Assembly (NCBI GenBank): GCA_036867785.1
Contig: CP145423.1
Span: 620,001-684,000, forward strand
Direction: 5' to 3'
From: Plasmodiophora brassicae
Taxonomy: Eukaryota
DNA length: 64,000 nt
The notes below the pieces were generated by a model. The model saw only the letters and a list, made by a program, of their open reading frames with translations. It was not told the origin of the DNA and did not search any database. This document shows positions 10,968-22,992 of the stretch, piece after piece; the stretch's first letter is position 1; every line of letters begins with the position of its first letter. A program made the position numbers and the translations under genes.

Positions 10968-11238
10968 ATGGTTCCCCGTGCGCGACTAGTCGTCGTCGTC
11001 GTCGTCGTCGCGGGTACGTCAGCGCGCCGCAGGGGTGCTGAGACGATCTGTGATGGGGCGACGTTCAGTGCTGGCCGGCAGCGTCCTGGTGCCGAGGGCG
11101 GACGCGCGCCCATCGACCGGGCGCATCTGGCAGCACCTGAACGAGCGGATGCAGAAGAACGGGACGCTGGACAGCGTGTACGAGGCCACCGGGAACGTGC
11201 ACCTGCCCGCCCCGGACCTGCCGACGCTCAAGCCCTGA
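10968..11238 (+). CDS. Small (~70 aa) secreted protein, 2 exons
   Basis: A 55-nt GT-AG intron (11014-11068) joins MVPRARLVVVVVVVA to VLAGSVLVPRADARPSTGRIWQHLNERMQKNGTLDSVYEATGNVHLPAPDLPTLKP-stop, giving a signal peptide with an ADA|R cleavage site. Confidence 0.65.
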
Positions 11239-11502
11239 ACGGGCGCCGACATCGATCGGGCCCGCGCCTCGCCCCGCACGCGCCCCCCCCCCCCCCCCCC
11301 CCCACCTGGTCGAACGAGAGTAAACGGGTGCCCATGCGCGACGCCAGCATGCGATACTTGGGGGCGGCAGGTACACCCACGTTGTACGTCGGCGTGCCCG
11401 GCAGATACCGTTGGCGCGCAGGGTACACCGCCGGCCGATCGCAGGCAGGGTGCCCGTCCTCGTTTGGGTTGGCCCTACCGCTAGTAGTGGTATAGACAAA
11501 CG

Positions 11503-14056
11503 ATGCGTCCGAGTGGGCCGCTCGTGCCAGGCAGCCGCCTGGCAGCGACGGTCGCCCTGGTCGTCGTCTTCGTCGTGGTTCCCAGGGGCGGTGCCCTGGT
11601 CTGCGGCAACGGCTGCGTCTGCGACTGGTACCCGAACTCGTGCCTGCCTCCAAACATGTACGTGGCCGCCCAGGTGTGCCATCGTCGTCTGCGTCGGTGG
11701 TGAATCGCAGCGCGTTAGCATGCTGGCGGCCCGGGCGCTCACTGGACGAATCACGTCGACGTGGTTCGCTGCCGTACCATCGGTCGCGTCCTACACCTCA
11801 TTGTGCGTTGCCGGGCGCCCGGTTCGCTCGCCGGTGTCGGGGGCGCTGAACGCGACACGCGCGCCCTGCAGGTACCTGTCGGTGAATCTCATCATTAGCA
11901 TCGATCCGGCGGCCCTCGGCGCGCTCACGTCGCTGCGCTACATCGACCTGAGCACCAACCAGGTGGCCGGTCTGGAGGCGGGCACATTCCAGGCCAATAC
12001 GCGCCTAACGACCCTGTGCGTCATCGTCGTGGAACGGGCGACGCAAGCCTACCGTACACTGATGAGGAAGGTCGTCCCGTGTAGGAACCTAGCCGTGAAC
12101 CGGATCGCGAGTCTCCCTGCCGGCGTCTTCTCGTCGCTCTCCCAGCTGCAGGCGCTGTACGTCCCGTTCGGCAGCGTGTGCAATCACACGCGTACGGGTC
12201 CCTGAACGGGGTCTTTGTTGCGACGACGCCGTATAGGATGATCGGGGCCAACGCGCTCACGTCGATACCCGCCAACGCCTTCGCGGGCCTGACGAGCTTG
12301 CTGTCTCTGTCCGTACCGCTCAGCGAGCCCCGTCGACGCTTTGACCGATACGCCCGGTGTCTAGGAACATGGCAGCCAACGCGATCGGGGCGATGGACGC
12401 AGGCGCGCTGCTGCCGCTGACGTCGATGCAGTCCCTGTACCTGAACGCGAACCCGTTGACGACGATGCCATTGTTGTCCCGGATGTCCCAGCTACAGTTG
12501 CTGTATGGCGCCGGCTGCGTTCCACTGCCGTCCCGTTCAATAGATATACTCACATCGGGGTTGCTGCCCAGAGACGTCACCGATAACAAGTTGCAGAGGA
12601 TCTCGGCGGCCACGTTCCTGTACAACACGCGCCTGACCTGGCTGTACGAAATCACCGCGTGTCGTCCGCGAATGCAGTACTAACGGGTCCTGTCGGCGTC
12701 CGTCCCAGGAGCGTATCGGCGAGCACGATCACGACCATCGACGCCGGGGCGTTCTCGATGCTGTCCGCCCTGGCGTACCTGCAGATGAACACGCTGCAGG
12801 TCACATCGATCCCGGCAACGCTGTTCTCTGCGCTGACCTGTTTGACGTACCTGTACGTCGCATCCTGCCTATTCAGCGTGCCGTGCGGCGCCAATTCCTA
12901 CCTGCTTGTGTCCAGGACCATGTACAGCCTCCCGTCTGTCACCACCCTGGACCGCTACCTGTTCCAGCCGTTAACGTCGTACTCGTCCAATCTGTCAGGC
13001 GGCGGCCCACCGTTTTACGTGTGCGATTCTGTACGTGACTGACCAGCGTGCCTGCCTAGCGATCTGTTCACGGGCATGGTGCGACTGAGATGTGTGCCGT
13101 TACCGCCGCCTGGCAACACCACCGGGCAGTACCTCACGGGAGGGAAGCCCATCTGCGCCGCCGTCAGTACTGTCGGCACCACGGCGCCATCTGCCGCCAC
13201 ACCGTCACCTGCTCCATCACCGACACCGGCACCCAGTCCTCTACCCGCTCTTGGGGTCACTGTGCTCCCCAGTCCAGCGCCTACGTCGATCCCCAAGCCC
13301 GCACCATCTCCATTGCTCACCCGTACGGCCGTACGACCTCCGCTGACGTCCAGCGGTCGGCCTGCTCCTGTGTTCGGCCCTGCGTCCCTGCCTGGTCGTT
13401 CGCCTCCTACTACTCCAGCTACGCCAAACCCGACCACTCGCACGGTTGTGCCCAGTCGAACGTCCACCCGCCCGCTCGTGCTGGCAGGCGCATTGCCTAA
13501 TCGCGCCATAACGGCGCTGTCGCCGTCGGGCACGCGTGCCCCGCTGACAACGGTGCCTCGAACCGCCGCTACTCTTGGGCCAGCCACCCTACCAGGAGCA
13601 GATGCACGTGGTACAGCAATGGGCGCGACAGACTCGGCGCCTGCTCCCGCGCCGACCAGTCAGACGACGTCAGCGCTGGCCGCAATCGGGATCGGGGCCG
13701 CGTTCGCAATCGTTACCATCCTGATGTTTATGATCGGGTTCGCCATACGTGGCCACAGTATTTGGAGCAGGAGTCGGCCGCCTGATCATGCTGCCCTGGT
13801 GGGCAATGCCGGCCCAGCGATGATGATGCGTCCGGCAATGCCGAGGCCGCCCGTGCCGCCGTCCTACGAAACCAGCGTGGTGAACCCGTGGGCCACAGAC
13901 CCGGTACCGAGTCGTGACGTGGACGTCGCTTCTAGCGACACAGGTTTCATGGGCGACCGGACGGGGACGTCAAGCGGGAACGCGGACAGCTTCATGACGG
14001 TACCCATTGAACGCCGGGAACCTGTGCTCCAGGCTGCAAGCCGTCGACCGGCGTGA
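11503..14056 (+). CDS. LRR type-I membrane (receptor-like) protein: signal peptide, Cys cap, LRRs, Pro/Thr stalk, TM helix, cytoplasmic PPSY motif; multi-exon
   Basis: LVCGNGCVCD cap; LRR exons (YLSVNLIISIDPAALGALTSLRYI, NLAVNRIASLPAGVFSSLSQLQAL, etc.) separated by short GT-AG introns; last exon has a PT-rich stalk, ALAAIGIGAAFAIVTILMFMIGFAI and PPSYE. Confidence 0.8.
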
Positions 14057-14394
14057 ACAATGACCCGTGTAGAGCGCGCACGTCAATACATACCGCAACG
14101 TAGAACGGGACGGACGGCGTGTGCGCAGACGAGCCAGATGTCTGTTGCGGAACGCGCCCGTGTCGCTGCGTCCATCCAGGGCCGTGCGCATTGCACGGCG
14201 GGGGCCAGTGCCTGGCGAACTTCCTTGTGAGAGAAGTGCGCCCGGGGTGCGCCCGCTGCCCCGCTCCACGAGGTGGGGGGCCCATTTCCGGGCGGACCGC
14301 CACGTGTGGCTGCAACTGTCGGCGGTGTCCGCGATCTCGCACGTCACTGATCATTTCGCTGCAGGCGCCAACTTGATCCCCAATTCTTTGCCGG

Positions 14395-16191
14395 ATGTCG
14401 CTGCTTCTTCCTATCGTTCTCATCCTGCTGTGGTCATCAGCACCACCCAGCGCTGGCCATGACGGTGACGCCGGCGGGTCTGCAGTACCTAACGAACTGT
14501 ACGATGGCGCTCCATCTGGCCGAGTCTCGCTCGATGCACTGAGGAACGACCTCCGTTCAGGGTGCTGCGCAAGGGTATTAGATTCGTTACGCGCGAGATG
14601 TTCGCCGAATTCGCGAACGTGACCGTCGTGTGCGTATCACTCAATGCCAAGTGCCATAGAGGTCGACGCGATCAAATGAATTTGCATAGGGCGTTGGATA
14701 GCAATCAGATCGAGTCGATAAGGCCGGGCTCGTTCGACGATCTGTCACAGCTGTCCAAACTGTAAATGTCAATGTAGTCCGAGGCGCCCGGCAAGCTCAA
14801 CAAGCGAGCTCTGGACAGATCGTTGACGTTCAACAGTATCGAGTCGATCCAGCTCGGCGTATTCAACGGGGTGTCATCGCTGCGCTCACTGTATGCCTGT
14901 TCGCAGGCACATAATCGAATCGTGACTCACGTTTCTGGCCAGTGACCTGGGCAGGAATCTGATCGTCGATATTGAAGAAGGGGCATTCAGTGGAATGGCA
15001 TCGCTGGCGGACTTGTACGTGCTTCGTTTACGCTTGTCATGCGAGTCTTAAGTGCTCATTTGGCATGGGTAATGGACATAACCTTATCAGTCAATCGCAT
15101 CGGACTGATTAGGCGAGGCACGTTCACCGGGATACCATCGCTAATCACGCTGTCGGCGTTACTGCCAGATACCTGAGTACCAGTGCGCTTAACTGAACTG
15201 CAAACAGAGGGTTGGCTTTTAACCGCATCGAGATTATTGAACCCGGAGCGTTCGATGGGATGTCGAAGCTGAGGTCCCTGTAAGCAATTGTGTCGCCTGC
15301 GGCAACCGAAAATGGCATGCTGAACTTCCGGACAGTACTTTGGAGGGCAATTGGATCCAGCGCATTGAGACCTGTGTGTTCAATGCCCTAACTTCGTTGG
15401 ACGTATTGTACGCGTCGTCTGTCGAGTTGCTAGCGTGTCTTACGTTGCCTATTGCAGGGTGCTGGACCGGAACCAGATTTACGAGGTTAACAAAGGCATG
15501 TTCTGTGGTCTTACGTTGCTGACGACCCTGTATGCATACGTTCTCGATGTGTATGTGTGTGCCGATCAACACTGGTCAACTGAACTGCGGACAGGGGCTT
15601 GCAAGGTAATCAGATCGAGACCATTCAGACAGGCTCGTTCGACGGGGCGCCGTCGCTGATCCGTCTGTATGTATTATTCGCGTTAGACATCAGGCCAGCG
15701 TGTCCACCCTGAATCCAGCGGGCAGCTTTTTGGGGAGCAACCGGGTCGGGGTCATTGAGGACGGGGCGTTCGATGGGCTGTCCATGCTGACCGAACTGTA
15801 GGCACTACGCTAGTGAAACTCGACTGCGAGTCTGTGACCGTTGGACAGGGATTTGGGAAGGAACCACATCACGTCAATAAGCGAGAACACATTCTCTGGG
15901 GCGACGTCGTTAGCCTCCCTGTCTGCTTCAGGGAATACATGCAAACAGGGGCAGTCTACTGAATTGTGAGCAGGACCCTGTCGAACAACCGCATCGAGGC
16001 GATCGCACCTGGGGCTTTCGCAGCGATGCCTTCGTTGACCTATCTGTATGTACCGCAGTGTTCCTCATCGTGCAACGACTATTGACTACGGGTGTGCCAG
16101 GGTGCTCACTGGGAACCCGATCTGTTGGACGGCGCAGGAGGAGACTGTGCGTTCGTGGGGACTGCCGGACCACGCGGGGATCGAATGCTGA
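14395..16191 (+). CDS. Secreted LRR protein, 14 exons of which 11 are 72-nt single-LRR exons
   Basis: Signal MSLLLPIVLILLWSSAPPSAG; exons such as ALDSNQIESIRPGSFDDLSQLSKL, GLAFNRIEIIEPGAFDGMSKLRSL and TLSNNRIEAIAPGAFAAMPSLTYL; final exon VLTGNPIC...IEC-stop. Largely missed by the ORF track. Confidence 0.85.
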
Positions 16192-16808
16192 TTGAGCCGC
16201 GATGGCTGGACACGTCCTGTCTCGTTGGCGAGTATTCTGGTGTTGAAATACATTTTCATGTGTGACCTGTCGTTGGGACCTGCCCAGTCGTTCTTCATTG
16301 CCAGCGATCAGCGAAACCGGATGACTCATTTTGATGTGGAAATCCAAGTCGACCCATTCCGCGTCTTCGCCTCGTGTCGCGGCGTCGACGATCGCGAGGA
16401 CGTCGTCGAATGTGAGAGGACAACGTCCGTCTGCTTTCGATGGGAACTGGCCGACTCGCCTTGTACCGCCGCGTCCACGTCGACGAAGACGTCCTCGATC
16501 GTGAGACGACGGTCTGCTTCTGATCAACCTGGTCGATGCTGCGACCAGCACCCGCGAGTTCCTGCGTGTTTCCATCAACACCATTCAGCAAGGTCATGTG
16601 CGTGCATGTGAGGCTGCCCCCTGAGTCTCCCGTCACTGCTGCCGGCTGCCGCGTCTAAATCTGCGCGGTCAGCCTAAAAATAGGCCTGACTGGACGAGTG
16701 GCAACGGGGCCGCGCCGCCGTCGTCGTCGCACGAAGCCGTCCGCGTCGTCATTTGGGAAACCTGCTGGTTGCGCCCCGTGTGCTACGTACTGTACGAATC
16801 CGGTTACG

Positions 16809-17213
16809 ATGAAGGCGGTCTTGGTCTGTTTCATTGTCGCGTGCGCCGTGCTGGCGGCCGGCGTTGTGGGTGATCGGCAGCCGCAACTGACCGAGGAGGA
16901 TATCAACGCGCTCCTGGCGCAGTACGCGCAGGCGGCGCATGATCCGTCTGGCAAGTTGGGCGCGGCCGCGCACCTCCCGACGAACGTCATGGCCGGCCGG
17001 GTCCCTGGGCCGTCGCAGCAAGTCACGGTTGGCGGCGACGCCTCCGCCGACCATCCCCTGATGTCCATCCTGGGCCAGGCCAAGGCCGTCGCAGGCAAGG
17101 CCGTCGCCACGGCCGCCATCGGCGCGCTGAAACTCGGCACCGAGGGCCTGAACCGCCTGCACAAGTACAACGTGGCCCGGAAGGCGACGTCCGCCTCCGC
17201 CAGCGCCCAGTGA
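16809..17213 (+). CDS. Small secreted protein (134 aa), candidate effector or wall protein
   Basis: Signal MKAVLVCFIVACAVLAAG; GC3-rich codon usage; no recognised domain. Confidence 0.7.
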   Translation: MKAVLVCFIVACAVLAAGVVGDRQPQLTEEDINALLAQYAQAAHDPSGKLGAAAHLPTNVMAGRVPGPSQQVTVGGDASADHPLMSILGQAKAVAGKAVATAAIGALKLGTEGLNRLHKYNVARKATSASASAQ

Positions 17214-17302
17214 GGTGCATCACTGGCGTACGCCCCGTCAGGCACGCCACATCAATACACTATTGGCCTCGTTCTGCGTCCGCAACGTCGTCTGCGCTGG
17301 TG

Positions 17303-19782
17303 CTATCGCCTCTGCTCCTGTATCTGCGATCGTATCTCGTCGATGGCTCGCGTCATGTCGGCCAGCGTCGCAATCAGGGCCGCGTTCGACATGGACACGT
17401 CCTGGCAAACGCGTCAGTCTCAGGCTGGCGGAGACGTGTGGGCGCGCCTGCCGCCGTACCATGCTGGGCGTGGGCGCGTTCATTGGCGATGGCGCCCGGG
17501 ACTTGGGCCCCGACCGGCTGCACAGCGGCTGCACCAGCCATTCGTCGTTCTGCCGACAGTCGATGTGTCACCCAGCGGTCGCCCAGTGCAGTCGACAGCA
17601 ACAACAACAACAACAACAACAGCAGCAGACCTGTGCCAGATCGGGGATCGCCTCGATGCGCGTGTGAAGCTCTTCGGTGAGGCGCAGGTATCGGTCGTGC
17701 AGCGACTCCTCGCCGTCGGCAACGTCCAGATGGAGGGCGTCGTCGTCGGCCGGTTCCCGCGCGGCATCCTCGCCGCCGCCACCGCCGTCGTCGTCGTCCT
17801 CGTCGACGCCGCGCAGCGTGATGAAGTGCTGGGCGCGCCGGTCCAGCCGGTTCTCGTTCAGCACGGCCGCGTACAGGGCGGCGAACCGGTCCAGGGCCGC
17901 CTGGCGGAACTCGTGCTGGAACTCGACCTGGTTGCGAAGCAATTCGATGACGGCGGGGCGCGGTACGGCCCAGACGGTGACGGGTCCACAGGCCCGCGCG
18001 TCCGATGTCCACTCGTCTGCGAAGCGGGCGGCTCAGACCACGGGCGTGCACAGGGCTCCGTTTCTGGCAGGCACCGCCCTACCGGACAGGACGATGCCGA
18101 TCTCGCCGAGCGTGGTGCCCTCCTCGCAGACCATGATCTCAAAGGTGCTGTCCGGGGGCGTCATGGCCACCTGACCGGACGAGATGACCATCCACTCGGC
18201 AACCTTGTCGCCGAACCGCCCAATGTACTCGCCGTCGTTGAACTCGATGGCGTTACCGGCCATGATCAGCTCGGTGATGAACGACTTCGGCTTGCCCTGC
18301 AGGCGGGGCGTGCGCGACGTGATGTCCCTGAAGATGTACATGGACGCCGTGTTGCGCAGCGCCGTCGGCATCGCCCGCAGGAACTCCTTCGTGTCCACGC
18401 GGCGGCCCGCGTGCGACCGCTCGTTGCACTGTGCCCCGACGGACGCGCCCCGGTCAGGTGCACGCAGGCCAAACGGCGACCGGCGAATGCAGGACTGACG
18501 TAGACAGTGTTGAAGTAGCGGAAGATGTCGACGCGCAGCTGCTTCGGGAAGTGGTTCGTCCTACACAGCGACGGGGGGCGGCCCCCGGGTCAGACCTGGG
18601 CACGACGCCATTCGCATCGGGCGACGACGACGCACTCGATGAAGGTCGACAGGGCAGCCATCTTGTCGACGTACGACATGCCGTCGGCGTCGATCTGCTG
18701 GACGATCGAGCTGAACATGCCGGTCACTGTGCGGCACGTGCCTCGGTCAGTCTGGGGGGTGGTGGGGCGGCCATCGGGGCAGGGGCCGCACCGTAGGAGA
18801 AGGAGATGGCGGACATCAGGACGATGACGATGGCGAACGACATCTCGAGCGGGTTCTGCGGGCTGATGTCGCCGTACCCGATGGTGCAGAGCGTGACGAG
18901 GACCCAGTAGCCGGCGACGGTGTACTCGTGGAGCCACCTGGGGATGCCGTCCGCCCGGCTGTCGAAATCGTACTGGTTCAGCCAGGTCGGCCTCGGGTGC
19001 TCCCGGAAGTATCGCTGCTGGATGACGGCGACATAGATCCAGGCGGGGGCGACCAGGTTCGTCAGCATGATGACGAGGACGAACAGGCGCATGAGGCGCC
19101 ACTGGGTGACCGTGCGCCGGTCGACGCGCCTGTACCGGGGCGCCTGCCGCTCCTGCATGTCGCCCGTGAGGCGCGCCAGGCGGAACAGGCGCAGGTACTT
19201 GCACAGGCGCAGCATCTGGAGGAACTCGGCCAGGGCGTACAGGCGCGGCGGTAGCAGCAGGGCGATGAAGTACCAGGGGACCAGCGACAGGACCAGCACG
19301 ACCAGGATGACATTGTTCAGGCGGCGTTGCGCGCGCCCGACGATAACGTCGATCAGGAAGATGACGTCGACGGCCAGGTCGAGCCAGTTGGACCAGTTCG
19401 GCGTCGTGTCGTCGACGTAGGCCAGGATGAAGGGCAGCGCCAGCCACGTGTAGACCAGGCAGGTGCCGATGACGCCGTCCCAGACTACGGCCAGGCGCTC
19501 GAGCCTGTCCTCCGACAGCAGCTCCGGGGCGTCGCCGCCGGCGATCAGCTCGGGCGACACGGCCGCGTACGACGTCAGGTCGCCGACGGCCGCCGACACC
19601 TTCCCGGCCAGCGTCATCGTCGCCCGGGACATGGTCCCCGTGTTCGACAGGAACGACGACGTTTTCGACGCGCCGCGAACGTGCCGGCTGCGCCCGGGGC
19701 CGACGTCGTCGTCGTGACCGACAACCTCAACGCCATCGTCGTCGTCGTCGTCGTTGTCCCTGTTGGGCGTGGCCGGCATCAT
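17303..19782 (-). CDS. Cyclic-nucleotide-binding-domain K+ channel (EAG/HCN/CNG-like), multi-exon
   Basis: S4-like LRLCKYLRLFRL, pore YWVLVTLCTIGYGDISP, C-linker, CNBD (GEYIGRFGD...GEIGIV); several short introns. Exact 3' exon structure approximate. Confidence 0.85.
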
Positions 19783-20126
19783 GATGACGGCTTCTGTCTG
19801 ACGTGTGTGTGTGTCTGTGTGTCTGTCTGTGTGTGTGTGACGGGAGCATCGATGATAGGACCGAACGCGTACCGCTTTATGCAGACAGACCGACGGTGGA
19901 CGGCTAAGGTGCCCAGCGGGGTCCAGCGCACCCCCTCCCTTCCCCCAGCCATGTGCGCCTAGACGACTCGTCAGATGGCGGTGCCGTTCAGGTGCGGGCG
20001 ATGACGTCACCGGTGGCGTTGACGTCACGCGCGCGTGTACGCTCGCCTTGTTCCGGTTCCGGCATCGGGGGGTGACGACAGGGCGGCGACAAACCAAAAT
20101 TCGTGGTCGGATTCGCAGCACAGGCC

Positions 20127-21086
20127 ATGCTGGCGATCGTTGCCGCTGCTGCTGTTGCCGTCCTGCTGGGCGTGTCGTGCGGCGAGCTGTCGGCGGCCGA
20201 TAAGCGCGAACTGGTGGCCTGGCACAATTACTACCGGTCGCGGAGCCAGGAGGTCGTCGCCCAGGGCGGCCAGGGCGCCACGGCCATGATGGCCGTCCAA
20301 TGGGACGACGCGCTGGCGGCCGACGCGCAGCAATGGGCGAACCTGTGCCTCGAGGAGCACGCCCGCGGCATCCACAACGGCGAGAACATTGCGTTCGCGA
20401 CGCCGACGAACTCGTTCGTGTTCATGAAGCTGGTCGATTTCTGGTTCACCGCCGAGGGCTCCCGGTACAACTTCCAGACGACGCAGTGCCAGGCGAACTA
20501 TGAGTGCAGTCACTGGCGCCAGCTGATGTGGGCGCAGGTCACCCGGATCGGGTGTGCCATGCGCACCTGCTCGGGCCTCAAGGTGCTCAACACGTTCCAG
20601 GGCGACGAGCTCGTCTGCCGGTACGACGTGGCGCCCGTCCGCGCCATGCGACCGTTCGAGGCCGGCCCGGTCTGCAGCAGGTGCCCCGCTGGGCACCAGT
20701 GCACGTCGAACCTGTGCACGCCGGCCGGCACCCAGGTCGTCCTGCCCGACGCCATCCCCGACTACATCAAGCAGCCCGTCGTCATGAACTCGAACGTCAC
20801 CGACCGGGGGCCGCAGACCGGCTTCTCCTCCTCCCCGGTCGTCCAGGCACAGGAACGGTCGCCGACGGCGCCTCCGCCAAGCGCGCCTACCTCTCCGACG
20901 TCCTCCATCGGCCCTGTCCAGGCGGCGCCCCTGGCAACGTCGTCGTCGCCGCCGCCGCCGGCTAACGGCACGTCACCAGCGCCACCGCTTGCCAATGCAA
21001 CGACGCCAGCTGTTCCAGCTGCAGCAGGTGTGGCGTCCCCGACGCCAGCTGCGAAGCCTACCAGCGTCGCGACTGTCCGACAATGA
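20127..21086 (+). CDS. Secreted CAP/SCP (PR-1-like) protein with Pro/Ser/Thr-rich tail
   Basis: Signal peptide; HNYYRS, WDDALAADAQQWA, GENIA, HWRQLMWAQVTRIGCA and LVCRY CAP motifs. Confidence 0.9.
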   Translation: MLAIVAAAAVAVLLGVSCGELSAADKRELVAWHNYYRSRSQEVVAQGGQGATAMMAVQWDDALAADAQQWANLCLEEHARGIHNGENIAFATPTNSFVFMKLVDFWFTAEGSRYNFQTTQCQANYECSHWRQLMWAQVTRIGCAMRTCSGLKVLNTFQGDELVCRYDVAPVRAMRPFEAGPVCSRCPAGHQCTSNLCTPAGTQVVLPDAIPDYIKQPVVMNSNVTDRGPQTGFSSSPVVQAQERSPTAPPPSAPTSPTSSIGPVQAAPLATSSSPPPPANGTSPAPPLANATTPAVPAAAGVASPTPAAKPTSVATVRQ

Positions 21087-21169
21087 CGATTTCGCAATAC
21101 AGTGCGGGTGCGAACACACAAACACGTTGCTCATGTGTCAGTGTACCGTGTCGTCGCCGCCGACCTTGT

Positions 21170-22222
21170 TCAGGCTTCGCCGAGACGCAGGGTCATGGCG
21201 CCCGTGCTGACCAGGGCGGGACGCTCGTCGAAGCGGAACGCGTCGAGCAGGTTGCGTCGAATGCCTTCCACGCTGACGGCGACAGCCGACGCCCGGCTCC
21301 TGGCCGCCGGGTCCACTTCGCCCTGCGGCGGCGCGCCCCGGTTCAGGCGACCGATCGCTGCCGACATGGCCGACGACACGGCCGCCGGCGACCTTGCGGG
21401 CGTCACGGTCCGGTACGGGTTCAGGTTCAGGTTCAGGTCCAGGCTGGCGGTCAGCGCATCGCAGAACGCGTCCGGTCGGGGGGAAGGCGCGCGCTGGAGC
21501 GTCGGGCGACGCGACGACGGCGACCAGTCGAGGAAGGCACCGGATCGGTGGGCCGGGTCGCTTGGCAACGACGTGGGCAGGGCGGCGGCGTGCGTCGTGC
21601 CTGACGTCGCCGAACTGGACGGCAACGCAGCTGGCGCAGGTGGCAACAACGACGATGGGCGATACGGGACGATGGCCGTTGTCACCACCGGCGTCGTCTG
21701 GCAGTGCGCGTCTGGTTCACCCTCATCGACGTTGACGTACTCGTCGATGTCGTCGTCGTCGTACGCCAGGTCGTCCACGTACGACGCCAGGTCGTCATCG
21801 TAATCGGTGCCGTGGACGACGTCGCCACTGGTGCTGTCCTCATCGTCATCGTCGTCGTCGTCCTCGACGACGTCGTCGCCGTCCACGACGCTCTTCTCGT
21901 CGTCGTCGTCGTCGTCATCCTCGTCGTGACCTTGCGGTTGCCGGGCGACCGGCGTCGTCGATGTGCCCACGAGGATGCTCTGCATGGTGCCGGTGGTCCA
22001 CTGCGAGGGCCACTGCGGCCAGCGATGCGCCAGCGGCACGACACGGTTCAGCACGGACGCAACGACGTTCTCGACGTCGCTGTCGTACGACGGGATCTCG
22101 CCAACTACCGCACTCTGGCCGCTGTCGGCGGCACCGTCCCTGTCGCCATCGTCGTCGTTACGGGACGGTGGGGCGACAGGCGCCGGCCTGGTCGTCCTGC
22201 TGACCGGGCGAATGCAGGTCAT
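21170..22222 (-). CDS. Hypothetical low-complexity acidic protein
   Basis: Long GC3-rich ORF with Asp tracts; no recognisable domain; start uncertain. Confidence 0.5.
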   Translation of the reverse strand: MTCIRPVSRTTRPAPVAPPSRNDDDGDRDGAADSGQSAVVGEIPSYDSDVENVVASVLNRVVPLAHRWPQWPSQWTTGTMQSILVGTSTTPVARQPQGHDEDDDDDDDEKSVVDGDDVVEDDDDDDDEDSTSGDVVHGTDYDDDLASYVDDLAYDDDDIDEYVNVDEGEPDAHCQTTPVVTTAIVPYRPSSLLPPAPAALPSSSATSGTTHAAALPTSLPSDPAHRSGAFLDWSPSSRRPTLQRAPSPRPDAFCDALTASLDLNLNLNPYRTVTPARSPAAVSSAMSAAIGRLNRGAPPQGEVDPAARSRASAVAVSVEGIRRNLLDAFRFDERPALVSTGAMTLRLGEA

Positions 22223-22425
22223 AGCGGACGAATGACCGAATGGTACGTGCGTACTTAGGACAGCGAGTAAGTCCCACAGGGCAGGCGCGTGCCAGGACTG
22301 CGTCACGTAGCGACCGATGATAACGAAGACAGCGCGGCCGACCCGATCGTCTGCCTACGGAAGTGGACCCGTACTGCTTTACTGTAGGTTGCCAGTGGAT
22401 ATACGTAAGGGGGGCGGGGGAATGA

Positions 22426-22992
22426 TCATTCGTCGGTGGCCAGGCCCGATTGGGACACGTAAATCCCATCGAGGAACTTGCGGATGTCCTTGTTCTTGAC
22501 CAGGCATGACTGGTGGATGCGGGCGGCGCTCTGCCCGACGGCATCAATGTTGTTGCCCGTCAGGACCAGCTGGTCCTTAATGTCCGTGCTACGTACGCAG
22601 GAGACGCCCTCCTCGAGCGGCACCGTACGGACGACCTTCTCGCCCAGGAAGTTGCGGATGCTCAGCTCCTTGCCACCATCCTCGAGCGACACGTTGATCG
22701 GGAAATGCGAGTACACGAGACGCATCTTGTACTGGAAGCCCTTGGTGACGCCCGTGATCATGTTCTCGATGTGCGATGTCACCGAGCGGATCGTGGCGAT
22801 CTGTTTGCGGTTGCCGAACCACATCTCCGCCAGCAGCTTCTTCGACGAGATACGGCGCAGCGACAGGTTCACATGCTGGAACGATCGGGAGAGTTTGCCG
22901 CGCGGGCCCTGCACCGACACGGTGCGCGACTTGACCGTGACGGTCACGCCGTCGGGGATCTCGACCGTCCGCGTCGTCCGAATGGTTTTCAT
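22426..22992 (-). CDS. RPL9: 60S ribosomal protein L9 (uL6)
   Basis: MKTI...GPRGKL...GVTKGFQYKMRLVYSHFPIN...RNFLGEK...KNKDIRKFLDGIYVS. Confidence 0.97.
   Translation of the reverse strand: MKTIRTTRTVEIPDGVTVTVKSRTVSVQGPRGKLSRSFQHVNLSLRRISSKKLLAEMWFGNRKQIATIRSVTSHIENMITGVTKGFQYKMRLVYSHFPINVSLEDGGKELSIRNFLGEKVVRTVPLEEGVSCVRSTDIKDQLVLTGNNIDAVGQSAARIHQSCLVKNKDIRKFLDGIYVSQSGLATDE

Noticed and set aside
11283-19840. Poly-C (11283), (CAA)n (17600) and GT-rich (19803) tracts
   Set aside because: Ordinary microsatellites.
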